Positions 22,601 to 29,802 of a stretch of DNA of 64,000 nt are shown here, one piece after another. This stretch comes from a virus: positions 1 through 64,000 of IMG/VR virus record IMGVR_UViG_3300027777_000023; one strand, written 5' to 3'. The stretch's first letter is position 1, and every line of letters begins with the position of its first letter. The notes below the pieces were generated by a model. The model was not told the origin of the DNA. It saw only the letters and a program-made list of their open reading frames with translations, and made no database searches. A program made the position numbers and the translations under genes.

Positions 22601-22878
22601 ACACAGCCACAGCAAAAGCTGACTATTGGGGACGAACTCATGATGGTCAATACCTAACATCTGGCAGGTATTATTATGGAGGCTACTACGTCTTTGGGTT
22701 GGATGGCTACAATTATGTAGTTGATGCGTACGTGAATAGCGGCACACCGATCGACATTGCTCGAGCTGACTACTGGGGACTAACTCATGATGGGCAGTTT
22801 GAATCATCGGACAGATGGTATTGTGGTGGAATTTATGTCGGTAATAGCAATGACTATTTGACTAGCTCCTGCGGATAA
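13672..22878 (+). CDS. Giant fibre/adhesin: paralog-type N-domain, about 5 putative-Ig (He_PIG-like) repeats, 2 carboxypeptidase-regulatory-like domains, about 17 FN3 plus a half FN3
   Basis: 3068 aa; repeats 'LPxGL...TGxIxG'; recurring 'APxIxSI...LxVxFxPP.DGGxxITNYxYSLDGG...IxGLxNGxxYxVxLRAxN.G.G..S'. Confidence 0.85.
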   Translation: MASQEYLTANSLTSYPFKTRRPTSLVGHPIEDDWFYDIQFTSFVPGIRQVYVASIEKTLSGELIVSFGNAETDEIIPQPVEIASVELVNHYRNSVKSFASSTGARFAVKLIFGPGLLEKTAFNQTYTKAEAELTSAAVVLSAPRVNSLSFKAYDGGELLHVASYMFPEVPYVQPRYNSTFTLYSIHSGDLSVDADSGAGLYDACPAPGAITDVYTINTITPNDTGALFINTSPCYTLNTLTSNDEILLGEYLTPYRDFTIHTGPTTTDTFDAVDAEHSLVLQNFCKPKCPPENLAAFAYYLNRVTDGAAELTKIATSNVETRGRGRSNVQIFTADAFCVNGDDTFVRCSDPAITESYISCGAKFIKYFHEARTLQISYDNVTVRNYTIVEVLDDNSVRLSSSPTQSGNALSFRVIDNGVISNMNCAAAGYNSDAQTYLQPYFKVKHTTSEAFNSAGEYVTYLAVSVVLFNPSKQTAQLQVFTDSGVSPLTRQGNFKIRTSQTVTSSTSGIVSIGCRDYAFVEVVYYIPCGVSGGSLAVNVFDITSSTHTQVGSSYSLNNIAGAPCLGTTLGETTLLRVTQPNSGSFSAEVNLAAGVNSVTFYGDTVDWLEFTPNYTEGKIRITAKHASSIASSKRYSVIYRSFGGDVSGVVSNIVIDYVALPEILSPIAATFSSQSPLRLSRKLNYTDTSPILQISADNMLSLSSDFPSDVFEYTSSSLPDGLVLDATTGKLTGQLTDPEILGGHNFTLTVSASNPAGAAVNPQLIYFLVVADDRPSLSFANPPENNVFALDNITIYGDVIQPFTLTTTGGPITHFSLYGDIPAGLTFNTSTGRILGKILATSSGSRDLQITASNVYGTSNSLSFTLDYTIYKSPEIVSPTSHTSLVLSAVDESTTVTPTLTVVATQVYGGTDNYAVGLVDAVRNHFSSTSLPPGFQIGLYTGKIYGKLTPGTIPTDSVKAKNYACEVLVSNPIGVSSLYINFSFFNAGLRPVINNLISGQVISLSRNRVYSSSDPLYRVAAINSPTSFDVVGLPAGLAINATGALIGMVDTSAYGGDYSLTVTAINATGISDEVHIQLRIPVNILSPVDGGSIVLTVNQAISSSVEILTCQFNDFTTATITTSTLPAGLSLSGTSITGTPSALGTSFVKLYATTENYGTAQITVQVKVVDVSYSISGNVSVLGGAPVAGVLITDGNTSATTRDDGSYTLNNCVVGSYNITASKPKHILTPRYRPVTVTSANLYNVNFTIEGPLRTVFGSVLNTDNLPVFGVLISEGSHTTKTDSFGQYALSVSRVGAAPITASLPYSIAIPASIALDDGVVDLFDQNFVVAIASPPKAPTLNSITLEDRKFVVNFTPPADDGGYAITNYLYNLNNTGYRSANPITTASPVEISGLTPGTTYTVSLRAFSQIGSGADSNSLTATAVGAASAPTINLITSSGPTSLRVQFTSPANDGGYAVVGYRYRLDSGDFVDVSDLAENSFTISGLSGGVRYSVILAAVTSVGIGDSSAPYAGVPLDVPHAPTIASITSASGQLFVNLVPPANNGGSPIINYRYTLNGGEGFIATRDNSSIVSIVGLMDGVSYSVTVAAVNAQGAGPFSASVAAVPQQSPYAPILTSIDAGDTTLVVNFTPPVLGASSVVSYSYSLDDGSTYQECIPPGTLSPVRIYGLTNGTSYAVRLRPTYSDLTYGATSNTLSSIPFTFPSAPTIDSIRPNNNALVVSYTAGDIIGGLPLTNYQYSLDAGTTWISRSPASTLSPLTISNLLNGTSYDVQLRALNSEGRGAASATTTATPYTLPAAPVLNSVLISSNAFVVEAIAPNNGGAAITNYAYSLDNGFNFIVFAPAVSAPPFTLPIADALVGTACRIRLRAINVLGQGPSSNTLTATFITVPAAPTISVIAPGNELAVVNFVPRSTGGSTITDYEYSIDNSPFISGDKTTSPIIINDLVNGRLYSIRVRATNIKGAGFASQAVSVTPRKAPDAPHIAAVTPGDSSLSITFTAPNDNGSPITKYAYSINNGATYTELPPESVNSPIVRSSLINGKNYTVKVKAYNEAGFGTPSTGYIVAPAGPAYAPSLTTLIPGNGSLTLAFNAPTNNGGSAVVGYQYSLNGDPFIASARLANSITIPGLVNGRSYSVTLRAITSYGPGATSLALSAIPRTTPDAPVITELLDFSRGLGSTEYNIPVGSKAFVIKFTAPADGGSPITNYKYTLDAAATEFNPAKTTDAPFVILDSSIAEGFPYSVTIFARNSLGYGPVSNTVTYTPGTPSAPAITSIVAENNQLKIYFTPPVSDGGSSILTYSYKLTPEQYPQRIYPFNTTSPITLNIGDAFFFLGTTFNISIAATNNLGFGKFSNVVAATAGLPGAVRIDNVDALTDGLKIYFTPPADNGNAAVINHEYSINSSSYILLDPPQAAIPGVFTITGLVKNTVYSISLRARNSVGVGKETTITATPGAASPPTLTYVTAAGSGKLIINFIPPITDGGSKIVNYQYSLDGGAYVSVSPPDVTNYITITGLTNGTNYAIRLRAVNEYGGFGIASTPIAGIPIASPSSPIIASVESITAFSIAINFTPPTDTGGTAITNYEYSLDGGNTFTSYESITSPIVVTGLDICSEIDVVLQATNIVGTGPNSNTVHVFAGRFLAPRLLDIYTIYEPTGAGVPDSIFIWENPPYNGLDVTLDRNQLDYSIDGGVNWLAYGNYYGGTLIQNSNFQPAPEGSDVLIRLSYSNYPVGLCPGLPSISGVYYKIGTPNSPTINSVVVSNEALTVNFSFNLKYSWEEPTPVTDVAYSLNGVDYVSSGTVTGPITISGLTNLVTYNITLRGVNAQGVGRPSQTTSAILLPAPTVVSVTSPSVSSLIVNFTAPIDPNGVITNYEYSTDGGSTWVLAGKITSPITITELTLGTSYDVCLRALALHGTSLPSIITQAIPGSPSAPVLLSVDNVGDLGLFLNFTPPVSFGPLPLAYYEYEIEDLGTYTDTATAKADYWGRTHDGQYLTSGRYYYGGYYVFGLDGYNYVVDAYVNSGTPIDIARADYWGLTHDGQFESSDRWYCGGIYVGNSNDYLTSSCG
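22618..22839 (+). repeat. Two imperfect direct repeats (147-nt spacing) encoding ADYWGxTHDGQ...SxRxYxGG
   Basis: Copies start at 22618 and 22765; the first 29 nt are 27/29 identical. Confidence 0.85.
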
Positions 22879-22896
22879 TAGATAATTTTTAATTAT

Positions 22897-25800
22897 ATGA
22901 GTTTCGAAATAATCAATGCTCCGTGGGCGGTACCCGATTTAGTTGAGGGGCACACATATTTGATACGTATGCGGGCCATTAATACTGGTGGGTACGCTGG
23001 ACCAGTTTCCTCTGACGGCTTTGGTGTTGTTGTGTTGGCTGCTTCTGCCCCAACAATAACTTCAGTCGTGGAAGCTGACCACCAGTTAACTATAAATTTT
23101 GACGCTCCCACAGATAACGGCAACCACGCTATAACCAACTATGAGTATAGCTTGGACGGAGGCATTACATACAGACCTTTCTCGCCTGCAAAGACCACTA
23201 GCCCATATACAATAACAGGGCTCACAAACTGGACGACTTATCTGATAAACCTTCGGGCGGTCAACTCTATAGGTTCAGGTAGAGCCTCAGAGCAGGCGCA
23301 CGGTCAGCCAGGACAACTACCTCCAACACCTACAATAACTAAAATAGAGGCCCGAGCCTATTATGGGTATTATCCTTTTTTTAATATATATTTCACACTA
23401 CCTGGCGATAACTTCGGAGGGAGTGTGTGGTATTACGAATATGCTATAAATGGTGGTCCCTTTTTATCTGGGGGGCTATATAGCGAATTGCATACTGCTA
23501 GCCCAATGACTGGGATATGGAAGATAGCCGGGCAGAGCTTGCTTGCATGTACAGATTATAGTATTGTTGTTCGCGGCGTGAACGGTTACGGGCCAGGGCA
23601 GGCATCCTCCGCAGTTGAGGTTAAGACTGCAGTACCTGCAGGTGCGCCGCAAATTACAAGTATTGTTGGTAGTGAGCATAAGATAACGGTGTATTTCACA
23701 CCCGGTGAGTTTGATTCGGTCTGTAATTCCTCGATTACTAATTATTCGTATAGCCTCGACGACGGAGCCACATTTATAGACCTAGACCCTGCCAGTGTTA
23801 TAAATCCTATCGTTATCGGAGGATTGCAGAATAGTGTATCTTATCCTGTACGCCTACGTAGTTTTAGTGTGGCTGGTTACAGTGAAGCGTCCGATACGGT
23901 TTATGGTGTACCTAATACACAATCAGGTCCCCCAGTAATAACATCTGCAGATGTCTCAGATACTTATGCGCTGATTTATTTTGATGCTCCTACTGATAAT
24001 GGTGGTGCCCCTATAGATGCCTACGAATATTCTATAGATGGTGGGTATACGTTTCATGCCAACAGCTCAGCAACAACTTCAAGCCCATTTAATATTGAGA
24101 AGCTTCAAAAAACTTCAACATATGGAGTACGTATTAGGGCTATAACCGCTGCAGGTCCTGGGATACCTTCAGAACTGTTCAGTATTACCACAATCACCAA
24201 ACCTGAGGCACCCACAATACTTAGTGTCACCCCAGGCGATCAATCCATAACTGTGGCCTTTAAAGAAGTAGCTAGCAGTGGAGGAGCCCCACTGACCGGA
24301 TACAAGTGTGTAATACATTCTCCGGGTTTAACTGGAGACCAGACTGTGATTGTTAACAGTATAACGAGCCCGATCGTGATTAATTCTGCTGCGAGCGTTT
24401 ATCTTGTGAATAGTCAAACATATACAATTAAGTTGTACGCCAGAAGCAAGGCGGGGTTTGGTGTAGGTGTTGACGGACCCGATGTAGTACCAGCAAGACC
24501 ACCAACAGCCCCAACAATAACAAACATATCTCAAGACAGCGGACATGTTAATATAACTTTCACACCGCCATCGTCCAACGGAGGTTCAATTATCACAGGG
24601 TATAAATACACCATCGATGACGGTACGACTTTTACTAATGTTATATATGGTACCCCAGGAGGACCAACAGGTAACGACGCATCTCTTTACACTATGGTGA
24701 AAATAGATTTATTGCCAAGAAATGCGGCGTATTCTGTTAAGATTGCGGCGGTCAATGGTGCAGGTATAGGCACGAACTCTAACTCTGCGGACATCACAGT
24801 GCTCTCTGTGCCATATTCTCCGAGAGACTTAGTACTTACCGTACTGAGCTCCTCATCAGTCAGTATAGGCTTTAACGCTCCATCAAATGACGGAGGTTCA
24901 GCCATAACAAACTATGAGTATAGTTTGAATAGAGGTATAGCGCCATTCATACCTGTCAGCCCTGCAACTGCAACCAGCCCCATCATTATAACTGGGCTGA
25001 CACAAGGAACCACATATAGCACAGTTATACGCGCTGTGAATAGTGTTGGAGCAGGCTATGTATCCAGTCCAATCGATATCAAGGCTGGTACGACCCCACA
25101 GGCACCAACAATAACAGCGGTGTCCAGTAATCTACCAACACTGCAGGTTAGTTTCACTGCACCTGTAGACGGTGGAGGATACACTATAAATAATTATCAG
25201 TACAGTATTGATGGCGGAAATACATACGCCACGCTATCCCCAGCAAATAATATATCTCCATTAACTATCACAAATGTTACAGTAGGTAATTCCTACACCG
25301 TCAAATTAAAGGCTGTTAACGCTCTAGGTGTTGGTCTGGCCTCGAACGGTATCACAGGAAAAGCCATATCTGCGCCGAGTGCACCTACGATAACCTCTGT
25401 AGTTGCGATTAATACACAATTAGCTATAAACTTCACACAACCAGCTAGCGATGGAGGAAGCACTATCACCAACTACGAGTATAGCTTGGATAACGGACTT
25501 ACATACTTAGACGCGGCCACATACGCAGCCTGGACCGGCCTCCCAAATCCTATAAATGTCTCTAATCTCAGGAATGGTGTCACGTACTCGGTACGTATCA
25601 GAGGCCGTAATGTGGGAGGCATTGGTGCTTTGTCGAACACAGTTACAGCCACACCAGCAACACTACCAAAAGCACCCAGGATCACTTCAACTTTGCCCAG
25701 TAACGGTAGAATAACTTTGAACATACAACCTCCAGCAGACACAGGTGGTGCCTCAATATTAGGATACAAGTACAGCTTATCTCCAGGTCCGGCGTCAGAA

Positions 25801-27966
25801 AAGATGCCATATATAATAACGTCTCCCATCAGCCTTCCAGGCACCAATGGACAAGCTTATGACATAAAAATTTGGGCGGTTAACCGTATGGGTGATAGTG
25901 TTGACTTTGCTTCCACCACCGCCACACCATTGTCAGCCTCGATTAACGCACCAACCATAACAAATATTGCTGCTGGTGACGGAAGTATTGTTGTGACCTA
26001 TTCGATGGTTGCAGGAACTTTGGAGGGGACACCACTAACGAACTACAAGTATAGTGTTGACGGTGGGACTACATACACAGCCCTCAACCCATCAAACGCA
26101 GCGCTATCAGGATCATTCACAGTGTCAGGTCTCAACAATGAAGCCGTATATACTGTAAAGATGCGGGCAGTCAATGCCGCCGGTGACGGAGTACAATCAG
26201 CTGGAGTTCAGGCTACCCCCAGAGGAGCACCCTCAACACCAACAATAACTAGTGTGGTTGCCGGAAATCAGTCACTCGCATTAAATTTTACACAGCCCGC
26301 GTCTCCAAAAGCTGCCGTTACGAACTATGAGTATAGTTTAAACGGAGGCGATACATACATTGCGCGCTCCCCGGCATCTATCTTGTCGCCCTTAGTCATT
26401 ACCGGATTAACAAATGGCGTTACATGTGTTGTAAGACTTCGGTCTCTAAACGCTAACGGATTACCGAGCGCCACGGCAGCCGAACCTCCAACAAATGCAA
26501 ATGATTGCAAACCAGGAACAGCGCTAACTCTTACCGATATTCCAGAAATAACGGCCATAGCGGCTGACGAGCATCAGCTTACTATAACCTACAGTATGCC
26601 TCAGCTGCTTGTAACTGTAGCAAACATATTAAACCATAAATATAGTTTAGATAATGGTGTAACTTGGACAGCCTTAGCGCCAGCAAGAACCGCACTCACA
26701 GACACATTTACCGTAACCGGGTTGATAAATTTTAAAGACTATGAGCCAAGAATGAAGGCTGTGAACGCTTTGGGTGACGGTTATATGTCGGTGGGGTATT
26801 GGCTAAAGCGCCCAACTGGACCGCCACCTGTCTATGAAACAATAACAAACGATAACTACGGTACCGTGTATCGCAGATTTAATAACGCCGTATCGGGACA
26901 ACCTCCGTTCTTTTTGATTGAGATTACACTGAAGCCGTTTGAGTATCCTGGAGCAATCAAAACTTCAGAGATCAGTTTGGACGGTGGTACAACTTGGCGT
27001 ACCATACTACCATTCACAAATCAAACCGGGACTACCTATTATTTGGCTCAATACGACTCTCGCAGCCCTTATCAGTATGCATATATCACTGACCCTGACC
27101 CAGAAGCTGTTCGTAGAATTGGTCTACGCACAATTAACGACAAGGGCACCTCAGCTGCACTATACGTAGATATTACAGAACCGCTCACCTACGCACCCTT
27201 CCCTACAATACTTGGGACGCGCTGGGAAATTCCTGCAGGTGCAGCTGCGTTAGAGCAGTTGGTTGTCAGCGTGGACCTTGGCGACTCGCAGCTAACCCGA
27301 TTAACAAAACTTAAAGACTGCTACTTGCGCGTTGTGCGGCAGAACGGTAATTACACATTACCATGGCCGTGGCCAGACCCAGCTGTTTTCCTATCGCTAG
27401 AAAATCGCAAACTTGGAAGCGCAGAAACCCGCATAGATTTGCCTCCGCTAACCGCAGCAAAAGATAGAGTCATTACAGGCCTCTACATACGGGCAACCAG
27501 TCATAACGAGCGGGGCTACTCCCATACCGCGACGTATCCTCTCCCGGCAGATTTACCATGGATGCAGCGTCCCGTATTTGTGGTATCCAGACCAAATGCC
27601 GCAGGTTCAAGTTTGGTCTCTTTTACGCAAATACTGAATGGTGTTCAGATATATCCATTCACAGTTGCTTCGTATACGATAGTGTATTCCGTTGATGGTG
27701 GTCCTTGGTTAAATTTCCGAGCCAACCCCACATTTTCCGTGTCGGCTAATTCTTCACACATCATAAGGACAGCTATATTTGAAAATGGTCAACCGTCTTG
27801 TCACGTAATCGCCTGCGTATTACCTGCACCAGACGGAATTATGAGCTACCCTCAAGGATATGTTTCGCCACGCATCTGGAGCAATTATCCAGAGCCCGCA
27901 ATGCTCACACCGTCCAACGTCATCGACAATTATATTCCATTCAATCCATTTGATTTATCGACCTAG
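22897..27966 (+). CDS. Giant FN3-repeat protein (starts with a half FN3, then about 13 FN3, divergent C-terminus)
   Basis: 1689 aa; same FN3 consensus and same reading frame as the upstream giant ORF. Confidence 0.85.
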   Translation: MSFEIINAPWAVPDLVEGHTYLIRMRAINTGGYAGPVSSDGFGVVVLAASAPTITSVVEADHQLTINFDAPTDNGNHAITNYEYSLDGGITYRPFSPAKTTSPYTITGLTNWTTYLINLRAVNSIGSGRASEQAHGQPGQLPPTPTITKIEARAYYGYYPFFNIYFTLPGDNFGGSVWYYEYAINGGPFLSGGLYSELHTASPMTGIWKIAGQSLLACTDYSIVVRGVNGYGPGQASSAVEVKTAVPAGAPQITSIVGSEHKITVYFTPGEFDSVCNSSITNYSYSLDDGATFIDLDPASVINPIVIGGLQNSVSYPVRLRSFSVAGYSEASDTVYGVPNTQSGPPVITSADVSDTYALIYFDAPTDNGGAPIDAYEYSIDGGYTFHANSSATTSSPFNIEKLQKTSTYGVRIRAITAAGPGIPSELFSITTITKPEAPTILSVTPGDQSITVAFKEVASSGGAPLTGYKCVIHSPGLTGDQTVIVNSITSPIVINSAASVYLVNSQTYTIKLYARSKAGFGVGVDGPDVVPARPPTAPTITNISQDSGHVNITFTPPSSNGGSIITGYKYTIDDGTTFTNVIYGTPGGPTGNDASLYTMVKIDLLPRNAAYSVKIAAVNGAGIGTNSNSADITVLSVPYSPRDLVLTVLSSSSVSIGFNAPSNDGGSAITNYEYSLNRGIAPFIPVSPATATSPIIITGLTQGTTYSTVIRAVNSVGAGYVSSPIDIKAGTTPQAPTITAVSSNLPTLQVSFTAPVDGGGYTINNYQYSIDGGNTYATLSPANNISPLTITNVTVGNSYTVKLKAVNALGVGLASNGITGKAISAPSAPTITSVVAINTQLAINFTQPASDGGSTITNYEYSLDNGLTYLDAATYAAWTGLPNPINVSNLRNGVTYSVRIRGRNVGGIGALSNTVTATPATLPKAPRITSTLPSNGRITLNIQPPADTGGASILGYKYSLSPGPASEKMPYIITSPISLPGTNGQAYDIKIWAVNRMGDSVDFASTTATPLSASINAPTITNIAAGDGSIVVTYSMVAGTLEGTPLTNYKYSVDGGTTYTALNPSNAALSGSFTVSGLNNEAVYTVKMRAVNAAGDGVQSAGVQATPRGAPSTPTITSVVAGNQSLALNFTQPASPKAAVTNYEYSLNGGDTYIARSPASILSPLVITGLTNGVTCVVRLRSLNANGLPSATAAEPPTNANDCKPGTALTLTDIPEITAIAADEHQLTITYSMPQLLVTVANILNHKYSLDNGVTWTALAPARTALTDTFTVTGLINFKDYEPRMKAVNALGDGYMSVGYWLKRPTGPPPVYETITNDNYGTVYRRFNNAVSGQPPFFLIEITLKPFEYPGAIKTSEISLDGGTTWRTILPFTNQTGTTYYLAQYDSRSPYQYAYITDPDPEAVRRIGLRTINDKGTSAALYVDITEPLTYAPFPTILGTRWEIPAGAAALEQLVVSVDLGDSQLTRLTKLKDCYLRVVRQNGNYTLPWPWPDPAVFLSLENRKLGSAETRIDLPPLTAAKDRVITGLYIRATSHNERGYSHTATYPLPADLPWMQRPVFVVSRPNAAGSSLVSFTQILNGVQIYPFTVASYTIVYSVDGGPWLNFRANPTFSVSANSSHIIRTAIFENGQPSCHVIACVLPAPDGIMSYPQGYVSPRIWSNYPEPAMLTPSNVIDNYIPFNPFDLST

Positions 27967-27979
27967 TCTTCTCCTGTAC

Positions 27980-28007
27980 TTGACCTGGAACTGCACGATG
28001 CTATAAT
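27980..28007 (+). promoter_or_regulatory. Promoter TTGACC-N16-TATAAT with extended -10 TG
   Basis: Near-consensus boxes; the -10 box ends 7 nt before ATG 28015. Confidence 0.65.
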
Positions 28008-28014
28008 TTGACTT

Positions 28015-29064
28015 ATGGCGATTATCGCACTACATCCTAATAATAAAAATCAGTATAGAAAGTATCCACTGAAACAAGGAAGTGACTTTGTTTCCACTGA
28101 TGGGTATGTTGTTCCTGACGATCTGGTAGTCAATTGCTCCATAACATCAATCTACGGAAAGCACAGGGTTTACATAAAACAAATAATGTTTAAAGAACTT
28201 GTCGCCCGTATAGCTGTGGCGTCTGTTCTGGACGATGTGTTGCTTGGTGTTTTTTCTGGAGAAGTTTCAGACGACTTCACTACTATAACTCTTCAACCGT
28301 TTGTTCGGTTTGTATTTGGTACTATTACATTAGGCTCATTAACCTCACTAACCGCAATAACAAGAGTTCTAAATTTCAGCAATCCTCTCATGGGTGGAAA
28401 ATCTGAGCTAGAAGAGTCTACAATATTTTGTTATACTCCGCCCGCAGTCAAAAGTATTCGAGATAAAAAGAATAACGAGCTTAGAGGAGACGTCAACTTC
28501 GGTGTGTTGACCTCGTTAACAAAAACTACAGATCAGCAAACAAAATCCACAAAGTTTACAGCATTGTATCCTGACACAGTATTTAATCTGTCTGATAAGT
28601 CTTCATATATAGGCACATGCCCTAACCCCGTAATTAAAAACATTAACGGAGTTGAGCCGCACCCTTCAGGAGTCGCGAGCCCAGTTAATGACGGTAACAT
28701 ATACATTGTTGGTGTTAAACCTGTGATCTTTTATGGTGTCGCTGGGGAGTTAGATGCCGGTACCGCAGGCGGCACTGTTCGTGTTGTTACGGATGGCGTC
28801 ACACTCGACAGCTTGTGTACGCAACGCCACAAGCTGCTTCCTCCTGTAGATGTTTCAGGTTTTACGTTGGACACTTCTGAGTTTAAAAATAAATATTATA
28901 GCAAACCTAATTTACCGGCGCACCCAGAAGGCTCAGCAAATTATCCATTACCGAGACCTGCACGCCTGGCCAGTAATTTTAACGCTACCACAAAACCCGA
29001 ATACTATTACTGGCCGCAATTTGTAAAACCAGAGTATTATCAGTATTGGGTTTCTGAGGAATAA
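28015..29064 (+). CDS. Fibre-scaffold paralog 3
   Basis: 'NKNQYRKYPL', 'LRGDVNF', 'IKNINGVEP'. Confidence 0.5.
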   Translation: MAIIALHPNNKNQYRKYPLKQGSDFVSTDGYVVPDDLVVNCSITSIYGKHRVYIKQIMFKELVARIAVASVLDDVLLGVFSGEVSDDFTTITLQPFVRFVFGTITLGSLTSLTAITRVLNFSNPLMGGKSELEESTIFCYTPPAVKSIRDKKNNELRGDVNFGVLTSLTKTTDQQTKSTKFTALYPDTVFNLSDKSSYIGTCPNPVIKNINGVEPHPSGVASPVNDGNIYIVGVKPVIFYGVAGELDAGTAGGTVRVVTDGVTLDSLCTQRHKLLPPVDVSGFTLDTSEFKNKYYSKPNLPAHPEGSANYPLPRPARLASNFNATTKPEYYYWPQFVKPEYYQYWVSEE

Positions 29065-29076
29065 TTAATACCTTAT

Positions 29077-29796
29077 ATGTCTATCTATAATCCATTATCG
29101 TGGCAGAGCGAACATGCGCTGTCCGGCTTCCCATTTGATGTTGAGCTGGATATCCGTGACTTTATAGTGGACGCACAATTTGTACAATTTGATGGATTTA
29201 TACCTGTATTGAATTACGCGTATGTAGAGTTAGATAGAATTAGGCTGTCGATAACATTCGATAGTGGTACGCAATCGTCTATAGAGTTTTTAAGGGCAGC
29301 TTATTTGCGCGATGGAGGTTATCGCAGTCTTCGCATATACACAACTAGCGGAGATCGATATCTGGGCACAATTACCTTTGGATCCGGGGCCTCTGTACTT
29401 TGGGAAAACTATATAGGACAAAAGCTGACATACGATCAGAGTTTTACAGTTAGCACTGTTCGTGGTATACCATCAAGAGATGCCGTCTACGCTCTCGACG
29501 GCAACTACGGAGACATCACCTTAGGTAGGACATATCAGGATTCCACTATATTCTATAATGTGAGTGAGGATTTAAACGCTGTAACATTTAATGCTGTTGG
29601 AGGACACTCCGTTGCTGACGACGCAAAACCTGAAGGATTAAGAAAAATAAATCTAGTTACACCCTTAAACAATAATATCAATCTAGCATCAAACGATGTA
29701 ATCAAAATATCTTCGTTTAATTCTCAGTCTTTAACTGTCGATCTTGTGTCGGGTAGCGTATCGAAAGCGTTTGCCGTACCTTCACTAGTAACTTAA
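29077..29796 (+). CDS. Fibre-scaffold paralog 4
   Basis: 'WQSEHALSGFPF', 'YGDITL', 'LRKINLVTP'. Confidence 0.45.
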   Translation: MSIYNPLSWQSEHALSGFPFDVELDIRDFIVDAQFVQFDGFIPVLNYAYVELDRIRLSITFDSGTQSSIEFLRAAYLRDGGYRSLRIYTTSGDRYLGTITFGSGASVLWENYIGQKLTYDQSFTVSTVRGIPSRDAVYALDGNYGDITLGRTYQDSTIFYNVSEDLNAVTFNAVGGHSVADDAKPEGLRKINLVTPLNNNINLASNDVIKISSFNSQSLTVDLVSGSVSKAFAVPSLVT

Positions 29797-29802
29797 TATT
29801 TT

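Noticed and set aside
22618-22839. Direct repeats at the end of a fibre gene as a DGR template/variable repeat pair
   Set aside because: Mismatches are not adenine-specific (T/C, G/T, T/G, many at wobble positions), both copies are coding, and there is no reverse transcriptase in the window.
22876-22896. Stop-codon readthrough or recoding fusing the two giant ORFs
   Set aside because: Two different consecutive stops (TAA TAG), a normal start context for ORF2, and standard stop usage elsewhere.
810-26558. Numerous antisense or alternative-frame ORFs of 60-165 aa overlapping long genes
   Set aside because: Fully nested in well-supported ORFs, with no motifs or start context; expected shadows.
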